64,000 nt of DNA from an uncultured virus (IMG/VR IMGVR_UViG_3300013126_000020) (taxonomy: Duplodnaviria; Heunggongvirae; Uroviricota; Caudoviricetes): the IMG/VR virus record IMGVR_UViG_3300013126_000020. One strand, given 5' to 3'. The notes beneath the pieces were generated by a model that ran no database searches, was not told where the DNA came from, and worked only from the letters and a program-made list of their open reading frames with translations. Below, in pieces: positions 37,643-46,684 of the stretch. A program made the position numbers and the translations under genes. Positions within the stretch are counted from its first letter, which is position 1. Each line of letters starts with the position of its first letter.

Positions 37643-37915
37643 TTACTTTAGCTTGTTTATATTGTCTAGAATATCTACAAGCAATGTTGCATTCTCTGGT
37701 GGGCCATCGACCGTCTGGGCGGCCTTGATTATGGCTACTGCTTCTCGCGCTTTTAGTGCCTGAGGGCTGACTCTTCGCACGGGGAGAGTGGCCGCTTGCT
37801 TAGCCAGGTTCTGAAACCGATCCCCGATATCCATGGCTAGGCGAGCCTTGCGAGCGTCACCCTTCTGTAGGAATTTCTGCGCCAGGTCATACGCAGCAGC
37901 AGTCTTTTTAAACAT
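37643..37915 (-). CDS. small basic helical protein (MFKKTAAA...)
   Basis: GAGAGG SD on the minus strand; TGTAAATAT motif upstream. Confidence 0.7.
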   Translation of the reverse strand: MFKKTAAAYDLAQKFLQKGDARKARLAMDIGDRFQNLAKQAATLPVRRVSPQALKAREAVAIIKAAQTVDGPPENATLLVDILDNINKLK

Positions 37916-37926
37916 GGAGCCCTCTC

Positions 37927-37986
37927 TATGGGGCCCGGTATGGGGCCCGGTATGGGGCCCGGTATGGGGCCCGGTATGGGGCCCGG
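37927..37986. repeat. 12-bp perfect tandem repeat x5 (TATGGGGCCCGG)
   Basis: five exact adjacent copies with no spacers. Confidence 0.97.
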
Positions 37987-38028
37987 TTAAACTTTCATAT
38001 TTGATATTTACAGATTCATAGATGCAAC

Positions 38029-38050
38029 AAAAAACCCGCTTTGAAGCGGG
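38029..38050 (-). terminator. intrinsic terminator for the LamG gene
   Basis: CCCGCTT/AAGCGGG inverted repeat preceded by an A tract on +. Confidence 0.75.
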
Positions 38051-38073
38051 CCTTTGTGTCAGAGTGACTTCTA

Positions 38074-39510
38074 TCAGGTGCCTGCGGTCGGCAGCGATCC
38101 GGGCGGAGTGAAGCTTGCCGTGTAGCGGGCCACTCCTTTAGTTACGCGCAGATCGTCGATGTACCCCGTAAAAGCGTATCCACCTCCAGCGGTATCGAAT
38201 CCGCCTGTAGAGTTTAGCAAGTTTCCAACGGATATCTTGTTCGTACTATTTCCAAGTGCGCCGGCGGCAGTAGCCGTTGTCGCGTCTTGGACTCCGTTTA
38301 CAAATAGCCGGATGGTGCTGCCGGAGCGGCTGACTGCGACATGCGTCCAGGTGTTTGATGAAACAAGTGTAGTCGTTCCCTGAACACCTATATCTGAGGC
38401 TCCCAGTCGATATGCGATGTAGGGCCTGCCATTATTAACTCGGAAGGTAAAGGAGGACGGTGCCCACTGGCTAATTATTGAGCGATTCCCGCTTGTACTT
38501 GTCATATAAACCCAGGCTTCTATTGTGAAGTCGCCATCAAATGCGAAGGCATCGCTGTCGTTCATTGTCAACGCGCTGCTGCCTGGCAGATAAATGCTTG
38601 TTCCTCCGTGCTTGCTCTGGGTGGTGCTGTTTACTGTGCTGCCAATTCGCGTGATGGCAAAATTATTCGTGCTGTTGTCAAAGAATGTGGTGCTGTTGTT
38701 CATGGCACCATCTGCTTTTAGCAGCAGTGATACATTTGAGAAATGTGGATCGAGTTCAGCCACACCTATTTGATACCTGATGATTACGATTCCGGAGCCG
38801 CCGTTGCCGCCTGGACGCGAGGTGAGCGGGGAATTGGTGCGCGGCTGGCCGCCCCCACCGCCGCCGCCTGTGTTCGCCTGGCCAGCACCGCCGGTTGCGC
38901 CCGACGACGTCGAAGCCGCCCCTGCACCTCCACCGCCGAGGCCGCCGGCGCCGAATCCAGGCCGATTGCCGGCTCCTGCGTAGAAGGTTTCTATGCCGTT
39001 GATAGATGACGACAGGCCGTTTATTGTGCCGCTGGCCCCTATGCCTGCCGCGCCGAGGCTCCCTTCTCCAGACCTTCCTGCGCCGCCACCCTGCGCCGAT
39101 AGCCCTAGCACGGACGAGATGGCACCTCCGGTAGCACTGCTGCTTGTGCCAGTACCTCCGGCACCGACTGTGACCGCATACGCCATTGCCGATACCGCTG
39201 ACGCACCCGAGAGCATCTGCCCCGCGTTACCACCACTGCCTCGCTGGGGGTTGTACGGATCCTGTAGTCCTGGTCCGCCGGCTCCACCGCCGCCAACAAT
39301 CAAATACTCAACTGCTCCTGCAGATGTGAACGTTATATCTCCGCTTGACAGAAAGGTGTGAACTTTGTACACCTTGTCTCCTACTATTATTTCTGACTCG
39401 ATACCACCGGTAGCGGCGGCAAAACCCGGCGCGCGAGAGGGGCGGACTAGATTGCGAGCTTGTGACCCGCGCACTATGTTAGGATTTGATACACCAAAAT
39501 GACGTGACAT
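38074..39510 (-). CDS. Gly-rich plus LamG/ConA-like domain protein (probable virion adhesin)
   Basis: YLIVGGGGAGG, ANTGGGGGGG, GGSGIVIIRY; DFTIEAWVY, WTHVAVSR, GYIDDLRVTKGVARY; AGGAG SD before 39510. Confidence 0.85.
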   Translation of the reverse strand: MSRHFGVSNPNIVRGSQARNLVRPSRAPGFAAATGGIESEIIVGDKVYKVHTFLSSGDITFTSAGAVEYLIVGGGGAGGPGLQDPYNPQRGSGGNAGQMLSGASAVSAMAYAVTVGAGGTGTSSSATGGAISSVLGLSAQGGGAGRSGEGSLGAAGIGASGTINGLSSSINGIETFYAGAGNRPGFGAGGLGGGGAGAASTSSGATGGAGQANTGGGGGGGQPRTNSPLTSRPGGNGGSGIVIIRYQIGVAELDPHFSNVSLLLKADGAMNNSTTFFDNSTNNFAITRIGSTVNSTTQSKHGGTSIYLPGSSALTMNDSDAFAFDGDFTIEAWVYMTSTSGNRSIISQWAPSSFTFRVNNGRPYIAYRLGASDIGVQGTTTLVSSNTWTHVAVSRSGSTIRLFVNGVQDATTATAAGALGNSTNKISVGNLLNSTGGFDTAGGGYAFTGYIDDLRVTKGVARYTASFTPPGSLPTAGT

Positions 39511-39688
39511 GTGCTCTCCTGATAGGAGTTGCTTGCCTTGCGGATTTACTTGATCATAATACAATATATTTAGTAATTGGGCGCGGCGGGGCCATAGCCC
39601 GTAATGTCAATTATGGTGTAGCTGTTTCAAGGCATTTATTATTAAAGCAGCCTTGAAGCTGAAAGCAGCTGCGCATTCCGGAGATCCA

Positions 39689-42553
39689 ATGACTTTTAGA
39701 CCATATGCCTGGAAAATTCGTCTCGGTAACACTGAGAACTTCCTTGATATTGACGATCTAACAGACGGATACTTGCTATGGAGAAACGGCTCAAAGGTGA
39801 TGTCTACTCTGATTGATCAGGGTAAGCTGAGTCTGAGCGCTCCACAGAACCCGAATGATGCGGCTACGAAGCAATATGTAGACGATAGCCTTAGTGCTGA
39901 TGAGTCTGCCCGGGTCGCGGCCGACATCCACCTACAGGCTCAGATCGACGCGCTCATGGGTACTTCGCTGACCAGCGGTGACAAAGGCGATATTACCGTT
40001 GGATCTACTGGCACATCCTGGACTATTGACTCGGGTGCTGTCACCAATGCAAAATTGGCGAACGTGGCTACTGCCACTATCAAGGGCAGGACCACTGCCG
40101 GCACTGGCGCAGTTGAAGATCTGACGGGTACCCAGGTCACAGCCTTGTTGGATACGTTTACGACCGCTGCAAAAGGCCTTGTTCCTGCTGCCACGGGAGG
40201 AGGAACTATAAACTTCTTGCGTGCAGATGGAACCTGGGCTGCGCCGCCCGCAGGTACCGTTACCAGTGTATCTGTAGTATCAGCAAATGGTCTTGCCGGC
40301 ACTGTTGCAAATGCGACAACTACTCCGGCCATTACGCTATCGACTAGCATAACGGGCCTCCTTCAGGGCAACGGCACGGGTATAGGTGCGGCAGTCGCCG
40401 GTACCGACTATGCCCCGGCCACAAGTGGGTCGTCCCTACTGGCTGGCAATGGCAGCGGTGGTTTTAGTAATATTAGCATTGGAAGCGGCCTTTCGCTTGC
40501 TGGAGGCATCCTCGCTGCCACGGCCTCTGATTCTTCTGTTATCTCGGTCACGGAGGGCAGTGTTCCTTCTGCAGCTGCCGGTACGGGTAAATTGTGGGCA
40601 AATGGCGCTGCCGATGCCCGGCCTTACTGGGTCGACGACACTGGTCAGAACTTCAACCTGACGCTTGATCGATTTAATACGCTGACTCCTGCCGCGTCCG
40701 TAGCTATCGATGTATCTCCCGCATTGCCAATTTTCAACAGCTTGACGCTAAATCAGAATACGACATTTACTACGTCAAACCTCGGCAACGGACGATCAGC
40801 ATCGGTACGTGTTATTTGCGATGGTACTGACCGACAATTAACATTTCCTATGACATGGAAGTGGCTCGGCTCCGGCCCGCCTAGCGGCCTGCTCGCGAAT
40901 AATGTTGGGTATCTTTCTATTGTTTCATTTGGCAGCACTGATGCTAGCGTGGTTGCCGCTTGGTCGTACGAAAATATGGCGCAGCCTGGTACGGTTACCG
41001 GCGTATCCGTGGTTTCTGCAAATGGCTTGGCCGGCACGGTTGCGAATTCCGGCACTACGCCCGCTATCACGCTATCTACAAGTGTCACCGGACTTCTGAA
41101 GGGCAGCGGTGGTTCCATTAGCGCAGCAATATCTGGCACAGATTATGCTGCTCCTGGTAATTACGTTACGACCGACACTGCGCAAACTATAACTACGACA
41201 AAAGCAATCGATGTATCCGACTCTGGCGCAGCCCTTCGCGTCACACAACGCGGAGCCGGCGAGGCACTCCGCATAGAGGATTCTACAAATCCAGATAGCA
41301 CTCCGCTTGTGGTAACCGCAGACGGAAGCCTAGGAATTGGCACCTCATCTCCTGGTGCAATGTTGGATGTTGCCGCCACCGGGGCGTCGTCCGTCACGCT
41401 TTATTCTGCCGAATTTGAGTCATCATCTGGTACAGCAAACGCCGGCCGAGTTCTTTTTAGCCAGGGCAGCACATATGCAATGGCGATTGCTCCAGCTGGA
41501 ACTAGCGCAACTACTGGGCGAATTGACTTTCAATACATCACAAGAAGCACCGGCGCTATTGCGTCTACGCCACTATCTCTGCGTGGCGATGGAAATGTTG
41601 GAATTGGAACGACCTCTCCTGGCAAAAGACTGCACATTAGTGGCAGTGGGCTGCTAATTGATGGCGCCAACTCGGTCGAGAGCACCCCCCTTGCTGCAAG
41701 GCTAATTGTTGACAGCGGCGCCAGCACCGGCCATACTCTGGCTGATCTGCGAAACAACAATGGATCGACGCTATTCGTCGGTGGATCAGCGGTTGGGATT
41801 GGCACGGCTTCGCCGTCCGCTTCTAACCGCCTCTCAATCTCTGCGGGCACTAACAACAGCCTTGCTAGCATAGCTATATCAAACAGCTACCTCAGTACTG
41901 GCACATGGGAAATTGCAGTTCCTGGTACTGGCAAGGTTTTAGATTTTGCATACAATGGAAATTCAAGAGGGTATCTGAGCAACTCGGTAAACGTCTCAAA
42001 TATAGACTTCACCGGCCAGCACAGGAGTGTAACCACAGACATCGGCCAGCTTGAAGATGGCGGAATAGGCCTTATTGTTGTTGCTACTGGTGATTATCAA
42101 TCACTTTCGGGCACGAGTGATATTGACATCAACGAAGCTCTGCCCAAGGCTACGCTTAGCAGCATCAGGAATCAAAAGAGTGTTTTTGGCGTTATTTCCG
42201 ACAGAGAGGACGACAGCTCGTCAACGCGAGAATACTGGGTAGGTAACTTTGTCAATGTTTATAACAAGGCACCTGGTGATAATCGCTTGGTCATAAACTC
42301 TCTCGGAGAGGGCGCCATCTGGATTTGCAATATAAACGGAGCCCTTGAAAACGGAGATTTTATTACCTCTTGTGAAGTCCCTGGGTACGGGATGAGGCAG
42401 GACGACGATCTCATGCATAATTACACAGTTGCAAAAATAACCTGTGACTGCGACTTTGATCTGTCCAGTACTGCGTATTTGTGTCAAGAATTCGAGTTTA
42501 ATGGAACTGTGTACAGAAGAGCGTTCGTAGGCTGCACATATCACTGCGGATAG
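39689..42553 (+). CDS. tail/fibre protein 1 with C-terminal FTGQH...YHCG domain
   Basis: DAATKQYVD, repeated GIGTxSP beta-fibre motifs, T/G/S-rich; GGAG SD before 39689. Confidence 0.82.
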   Translation: MTFRPYAWKIRLGNTENFLDIDDLTDGYLLWRNGSKVMSTLIDQGKLSLSAPQNPNDAATKQYVDDSLSADESARVAADIHLQAQIDALMGTSLTSGDKGDITVGSTGTSWTIDSGAVTNAKLANVATATIKGRTTAGTGAVEDLTGTQVTALLDTFTTAAKGLVPAATGGGTINFLRADGTWAAPPAGTVTSVSVVSANGLAGTVANATTTPAITLSTSITGLLQGNGTGIGAAVAGTDYAPATSGSSLLAGNGSGGFSNISIGSGLSLAGGILAATASDSSVISVTEGSVPSAAAGTGKLWANGAADARPYWVDDTGQNFNLTLDRFNTLTPAASVAIDVSPALPIFNSLTLNQNTTFTTSNLGNGRSASVRVICDGTDRQLTFPMTWKWLGSGPPSGLLANNVGYLSIVSFGSTDASVVAAWSYENMAQPGTVTGVSVVSANGLAGTVANSGTTPAITLSTSVTGLLKGSGGSISAAISGTDYAAPGNYVTTDTAQTITTTKAIDVSDSGAALRVTQRGAGEALRIEDSTNPDSTPLVVTADGSLGIGTSSPGAMLDVAATGASSVTLYSAEFESSSGTANAGRVLFSQGSTYAMAIAPAGTSATTGRIDFQYITRSTGAIASTPLSLRGDGNVGIGTTSPGKRLHISGSGLLIDGANSVESTPLAARLIVDSGASTGHTLADLRNNNGSTLFVGGSAVGIGTASPSASNRLSISAGTNNSLASIAISNSYLSTGTWEIAVPGTGKVLDFAYNGNSRGYLSNSVNVSNIDFTGQHRSVTTDIGQLEDGGIGLIVVATGDYQSLSGTSDIDINEALPKATLSSIRNQKSVFGVISDREDDSSSTREYWVGNFVNVYNKAPGDNRLVINSLGEGAIWICNINGALENGDFITSCEVPGYGMRQDDDLMHNYTVAKITCDCDFDLSSTAYLCQEFEFNGTVYRRAFVGCTYHCG

Positions 42554-42705
42554 TCTGCTAGTAGGCGTCGTCTGCGCATGCTCGGTGCTCAAACTGCCGT
42601 CTCTCTGAGGCGAGGGGCGCGGGCATCTTTGATGCTAATTATATTACATATTAGGCAAGAAATCGAAGATAGGCAAGTGAGCAAGCTAATTAACTTGGAG
42701 ACACC

Positions 42706-45700
42706 ATGACTTTTAGACCATATACTGGAAAAGTCCGTCTTGGTAATTCAGAGACTTTTCTAGACATCTCTGAACTTCCGGATGGATACGTACTCTCTCG
42801 TGAGGGTACGCAGATCATTGCAACGCTCATTGATCAGAGCAAGCTTTCTCTCGAGGCCCCATCAAAGGACGCTGATGCCGCCACAAAGGGCTATGTTGAC
42901 TCAGAGATCAGCTCAGAGGAATCTGCTCGCATTGCGGGTGATGCAGGACTTCAGAGCGGCCTGGCATCAGAAACATCGGCTCGCGTAGCCGGCGATGCAG
43001 CTCTCCAGATTGAGATCGACGCTGAGGAGTCCGCGCGTGCTGCCGGCGACGCGGCCCTGTCGACCAGCCTCGGCAACGAAGCTTCGGCTCGCGCTGCCGC
43101 GGTTGTCGCTCTCCAGGGCAATGTTGCCAGCGAGGAATCTGCTCGTATTGCTGGCGACAGCAATCTGCAGACCCAGATCAACAACCTGCTCTCTAACGTA
43201 ACTCCCGACTCGCTCGACTCCCTAAGTGAGATTGTTTCGGCATTCCAGAATGCTGACGGCTACCTCCTAGAGGTAGTTCAGAACCTATCAACCGGCTCAA
43301 GCTCTGCTCTTGGCCTTGAGACCTCGGCTCGTATTGCTGCTGATGCAGCATTGCAGGTCGAAATCGACAGCGAGGAGTCTGCCCGTGCAGCGGGTGATGC
43401 CGCTCTCAGCACCAGCCTTGGTAGCGAGACCTCGGCCCGCACTGCCGCCGATGCAGCTCTCCAGGTCGAGATTGATGCGGAGGAGTCTGCTCGTGCAGCG
43501 GGCGACGCCGCTCTTTCCACCAGCCTAGGTAACGAAGCCTCTGCCCGCGCTGCTGCTGATGCAGCTCTGCAAGTCGAGATCGACACCGAAGAGTCTGCTC
43601 GTGCTGCGGGTGATGCAGCCCTCACAATCAGTCTCGGCAACGAGACTTCGGCTCGCGTAGCCGGCGATGCGGCTCTCCAGATTGAGATCGACACTGAGGA
43701 GTCGGCACGTGCTGCCGGCGACGCGGCCCTCTCAACCAGCATTGGCCTAGAGGCGTCCGCTCGCGTTGCTCAAGACGGTTATTTGCACGATCTCATTGTT
43801 GACGAGGTCGAGCGTGCCTCGGGTGCCGAGGAGGCTCTTCAAGGCAATATCGATGCCGAGGCATCAGTTCGTGCCGCTGCCGTTATCTCTCTTCAGGGTG
43901 AGATCGATACCGAGGAGTCCGCTCGTGCTGCTCAGGACACGGTCCTGCAGGGCAATATTGACACTGAGGCTTCCGCTCGTGCTGCTGCGGATAGCGCACT
44001 AGCTGGCGACTTGGATCTAGAGGAGTCCGCTCGTATCGCCCAGGACCAGAGCCTTCAGACCAGTATTGGCTCCGAGGCGTCTGCTCGTGCGGCTGCTGAT
44101 GCGAGCCTTGCTGGTGATCTAGATCTAGAGGAATCTGCTCGTATTGCTGGCGACAGCAATCTGCAGACCCAGATTAACAACCTGCTCTCTAATGTTACCC
44201 CCGAGTCTCTAGACTCGCTCAGTGAGATTGTCTCTGCATTCCAGGACGCTGACGGGTACCTCCTAGAGGTGGTCCAGAATCTCTCGACCGGCTCAAGCTC
44301 AGCTCTTGGTCTAGAGACCTCGGCTCGCATCGCTGCCGACGCAGCTCTTCAGGTCGAAGTTGATACCGAAGAATCTGCTCGTGCGGCGGGCGATGCTGCC
44401 CTTACGACTAGCCTAGGCCTTGAGGCGTCTGCTCGCATCGCTGCTGACGCAGCCCTGCAGGTCGAGATCGACACCGAGGAGTCTGCCCGTGCTGCTGGTG
44501 ACGCTGCACTGTCAACCAGCCTAAGCACCGAGACGTCCGCTCGTATAGCTGCCGATGCGACCAAGCTATCGCTCTCCGGCGGAACCATGACCGGCTCCAT
44601 TGCCATGGGCAGCAACAAGATTACCGGCCTTGCTGCTGGTACCGATGCTAGCGATGCAGTTACGCTATCGCAGCTGCAGTCGGCTATCACCGCAATCGAT
44701 CCCGCCGGTAGCGCTGGCCAGATCCAGTTTAACGCCGATGGTTATGATTTCGGTGCAAGTGCGAACCTGACCTGGGACAATGCGCAGAGCTCACTATTCG
44801 TTGGTGGCGCAGCCAAGGTGAATGGTGTAGTTTCGCTAGGCGAGGTAGCTGAGGCTCCGGCCGGTGAAGCGGGCTACGGCAAGCTTTTTGCCAAGACAGA
44901 TGACGGTCTGTACTTCGTTGACTCGGAAGGCGTAAGCCACTACATCCTGCTCGACGGCTATGTTCAGCTGTCCGGCACGTCCGTAGCTCTCGACGCCAGC
45001 CCATCGCTGCCGGTTTACCGCAGCCTGAGCATGACTGGTGCTACGACCTTTACCACGTCAAACCTTGGTGTTGGTCGCTCCGTAAGCGTTCGGCTCGTTG
45101 CTGGCGCATCTGAGCGCACCGTCACCTTCCCAGCCGGCTGGAGCTGGCTCGGTGGCGCCACGCCAACTGCAGTACCGGCCAACAAGGTCGCACTGCTCTC
45201 GTTCGTTGCCTATGGCCCGGCTGACACCGATGTAATCGCTGCCTGGTCGTACAACGACTCCGAGGCGATCAGCGGCGGCGGTACGACCGGCCAGGTTGCC
45301 TTCTACGATGGCACCCGCTCGATCTCCGGCGAAGCAAACCTGACCTGGGATGCCGAAAACGACCGCCTTGTTGTCGGTACCGTTGCATCACCAGCTGCCA
45401 ATTTGCATGTAGGCGGCAGCGCCCAGGTAGATGGCGCGGTTACGATGAACGGCGCAGTAACCATCGGTGATGGTTATGCTGATGTCGTTACCGTAAATGG
45501 CACTGCTACGTTTAACCAGCCAGTTTCGATGGGCTCGAACAAGATCACTAATCTTGCTACCCCTTCGAGCAACAATGATGCCGTCAACCTTGCCTTCCTT
45601 GAGTCGCGTCGTCTCCTGACGATTCAGACCATAGCGGGTTCTGGCAGCGTCGACGCGGCGACCGACGTCGTGTTCGTGACCGGTTCCGGTGGCTCCGTCG

Positions 45701-45915
45701 TCCGTCTGCCGCAGGCGGTTGCGGGCAATGCTGGCAAGGTAATCGTTATCAAGAAGCGCAACTCCGGCGCCGAAGATAATGTTGGTACCGCTTCGGGCTC
45801 TGGCCAGGCTATTGACGGTGCAGTCGCCGACTCATCATCAAACCTCCAGGAGCTGATGCTAGAGAACGAGTCACTGACCTTCCTAAGCGATGGCAGCAAC
45901 TGGTTCATAATCTGA
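42706..45915 (+). CDS. tail/fibre protein 2 with long 18-residue coiled-coil repeats
   Basis: DAATKGYVD, many E[ET]SAR[AI]A[AG]DAAL repeats, MGSNKITGL/DAV motifs; N-terminus paralogous to fibre 1. Confidence 0.85.
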   Translation: MTFRPYTGKVRLGNSETFLDISELPDGYVLSREGTQIIATLIDQSKLSLEAPSKDADAATKGYVDSEISSEESARIAGDAGLQSGLASETSARVAGDAALQIEIDAEESARAAGDAALSTSLGNEASARAAAVVALQGNVASEESARIAGDSNLQTQINNLLSNVTPDSLDSLSEIVSAFQNADGYLLEVVQNLSTGSSSALGLETSARIAADAALQVEIDSEESARAAGDAALSTSLGSETSARTAADAALQVEIDAEESARAAGDAALSTSLGNEASARAAADAALQVEIDTEESARAAGDAALTISLGNETSARVAGDAALQIEIDTEESARAAGDAALSTSIGLEASARVAQDGYLHDLIVDEVERASGAEEALQGNIDAEASVRAAAVISLQGEIDTEESARAAQDTVLQGNIDTEASARAAADSALAGDLDLEESARIAQDQSLQTSIGSEASARAAADASLAGDLDLEESARIAGDSNLQTQINNLLSNVTPESLDSLSEIVSAFQDADGYLLEVVQNLSTGSSSALGLETSARIAADAALQVEVDTEESARAAGDAALTTSLGLEASARIAADAALQVEIDTEESARAAGDAALSTSLSTETSARIAADATKLSLSGGTMTGSIAMGSNKITGLAAGTDASDAVTLSQLQSAITAIDPAGSAGQIQFNADGYDFGASANLTWDNAQSSLFVGGAAKVNGVVSLGEVAEAPAGEAGYGKLFAKTDDGLYFVDSEGVSHYILLDGYVQLSGTSVALDASPSLPVYRSLSMTGATTFTTSNLGVGRSVSVRLVAGASERTVTFPAGWSWLGGATPTAVPANKVALLSFVAYGPADTDVIAAWSYNDSEAISGGGTTGQVAFYDGTRSISGEANLTWDAENDRLVVGTVASPAANLHVGGSAQVDGAVTMNGAVTIGDGYADVVTVNGTATFNQPVSMGSNKITNLATPSSNNDAVNLAFLESRRLLTIQTIAGSGSVDAATDVVFVTGSGGSVVRLPQAVAGNAGKVIVIKKRNSGAEDNVGTASGSGQAIDGAVADSSSNLQELMLENESLTFLSDGSNWFII
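42910..44560 (+). repeat. 54-bp degenerate coding repeat array with a larger block duplicated at ~43130-43370 and ~44128-44365
   Basis: ESARAAGDAAL units; EESARIAGDSNLQTQINNLLSNVTP...GLETSAR occurs twice. Confidence 0.9.
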
Positions 45916-45928
45916 TAACTAGCAGCTG

Positions 45929-45963
45929 AAAAGAGACCGGGCCCTGAAAAGGGCCCGGTTTTT
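45929..45963. terminator. bidirectional terminator
   Basis: ACCGGGCCCT-GAAA-AGGGCCCGGT flanked by A and T tracts between convergent genes. Confidence 0.85.
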
Positions 45964-45980
45964 ACTTGAACAAAACTAAT

Positions 45981-46331
45981 TCAGAATTCTGTTTTTGAAA
46001 TGAGGTCCAGTGCGGCATCGATCTGGTCGGCAGCATCGCGCTGACAAGCAGAGTCTAGTGCAGCTGCGACCTTGACCAACTCGCCCATGAGAGATGCCTT
46101 GCGACTCTGGCGAGCATTGAGAGCGAACTGAATCTGCCCAAGCAATTCCCGCTCGGCCTTGGTCAACTTCTTGTCGCCCTCCGCCCTCTCCTGTAACTCT
46201 TTCTTCTTCTTTTTTAGAAGCGAGGTCGGGATTTTCTTGTCTTGCTGGATCTTGAGCTTCTTGTGCAGTTCGCCCTTTTCCTCTAGATTGACGGCCCCTT
46301 GCATCCACTTATTGTCTTTTCCTTTTGCCAT
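45981..46331 (-). CDS. small Lys-rich protein (possible DNA-condensing protein) with C-terminal AxxLD...AD helical module
   Basis: KWMQGAV...GELHKKL...KKIP basic domain; GGAG SD; ACTAAATAT upstream. Confidence 0.7.
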   Translation of the reverse strand: MAKGKDNKWMQGAVNLEEKGELHKKLKIQQDKKIPTSLLKKKKKELQERAEGDKKLTKAERELLGQIQFALNARQSRKASLMGELVKVAAALDSACQRDAADQIDAALDLISKTEF

Positions 46332-46382
46332 TTTTTACTCCGGATAGCTTACTAGCTGATTATCGTTCGAGATATTTAGTAG

Positions 46383-46610
46383 TCACGAATCTGATAATAC
46401 ATCTACCTCTACGTGGAATCCACGATTATTAAATGCCGCTATGGCTGCCTCATCTACTGCAGAGGCCCGTGGGTAAAGGAATTCTACCCTGTTTTTTACT
46501 ATATCCAGAGTTCTTATATATCCAACCTTCCTGTGGCCCAGGTAAACCTGAATACCCTCGTTCTGACTTGTAATATGTCCAATTAGGAGTGAATCTGCTT
46601 CAGTATTCAT
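46383..46610 (-). CDS. hypothetical protein
   Basis: fills the gap with plausible composition. Confidence 0.45.
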   Translation of the reverse strand: MNTEADSLLIGHITSQNEGIQVYLGHRKVGYIRTLDIVKNRVEFLYPRASAVDEAAIAAFNNRGFHVEVDVLSDS

Positions 46611-46684
46611 CTTTGATGAAAGCTTGCTGGGCTTTTAAAGCAGACATGCATTCTTCTGCGCTATTACTTAGCGTAGCATTACAC

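Noticed and set aside
37927..37986. CRISPR array
   Set aside because: 12-bp units are directly adjacent with no spacers; no cas operon in the window
38074..45915. Diversity-generating retroelement acting on fibres
   Set aside because: No reverse transcriptase; internal repeats differ at synonymous positions rather than specifically at adenines
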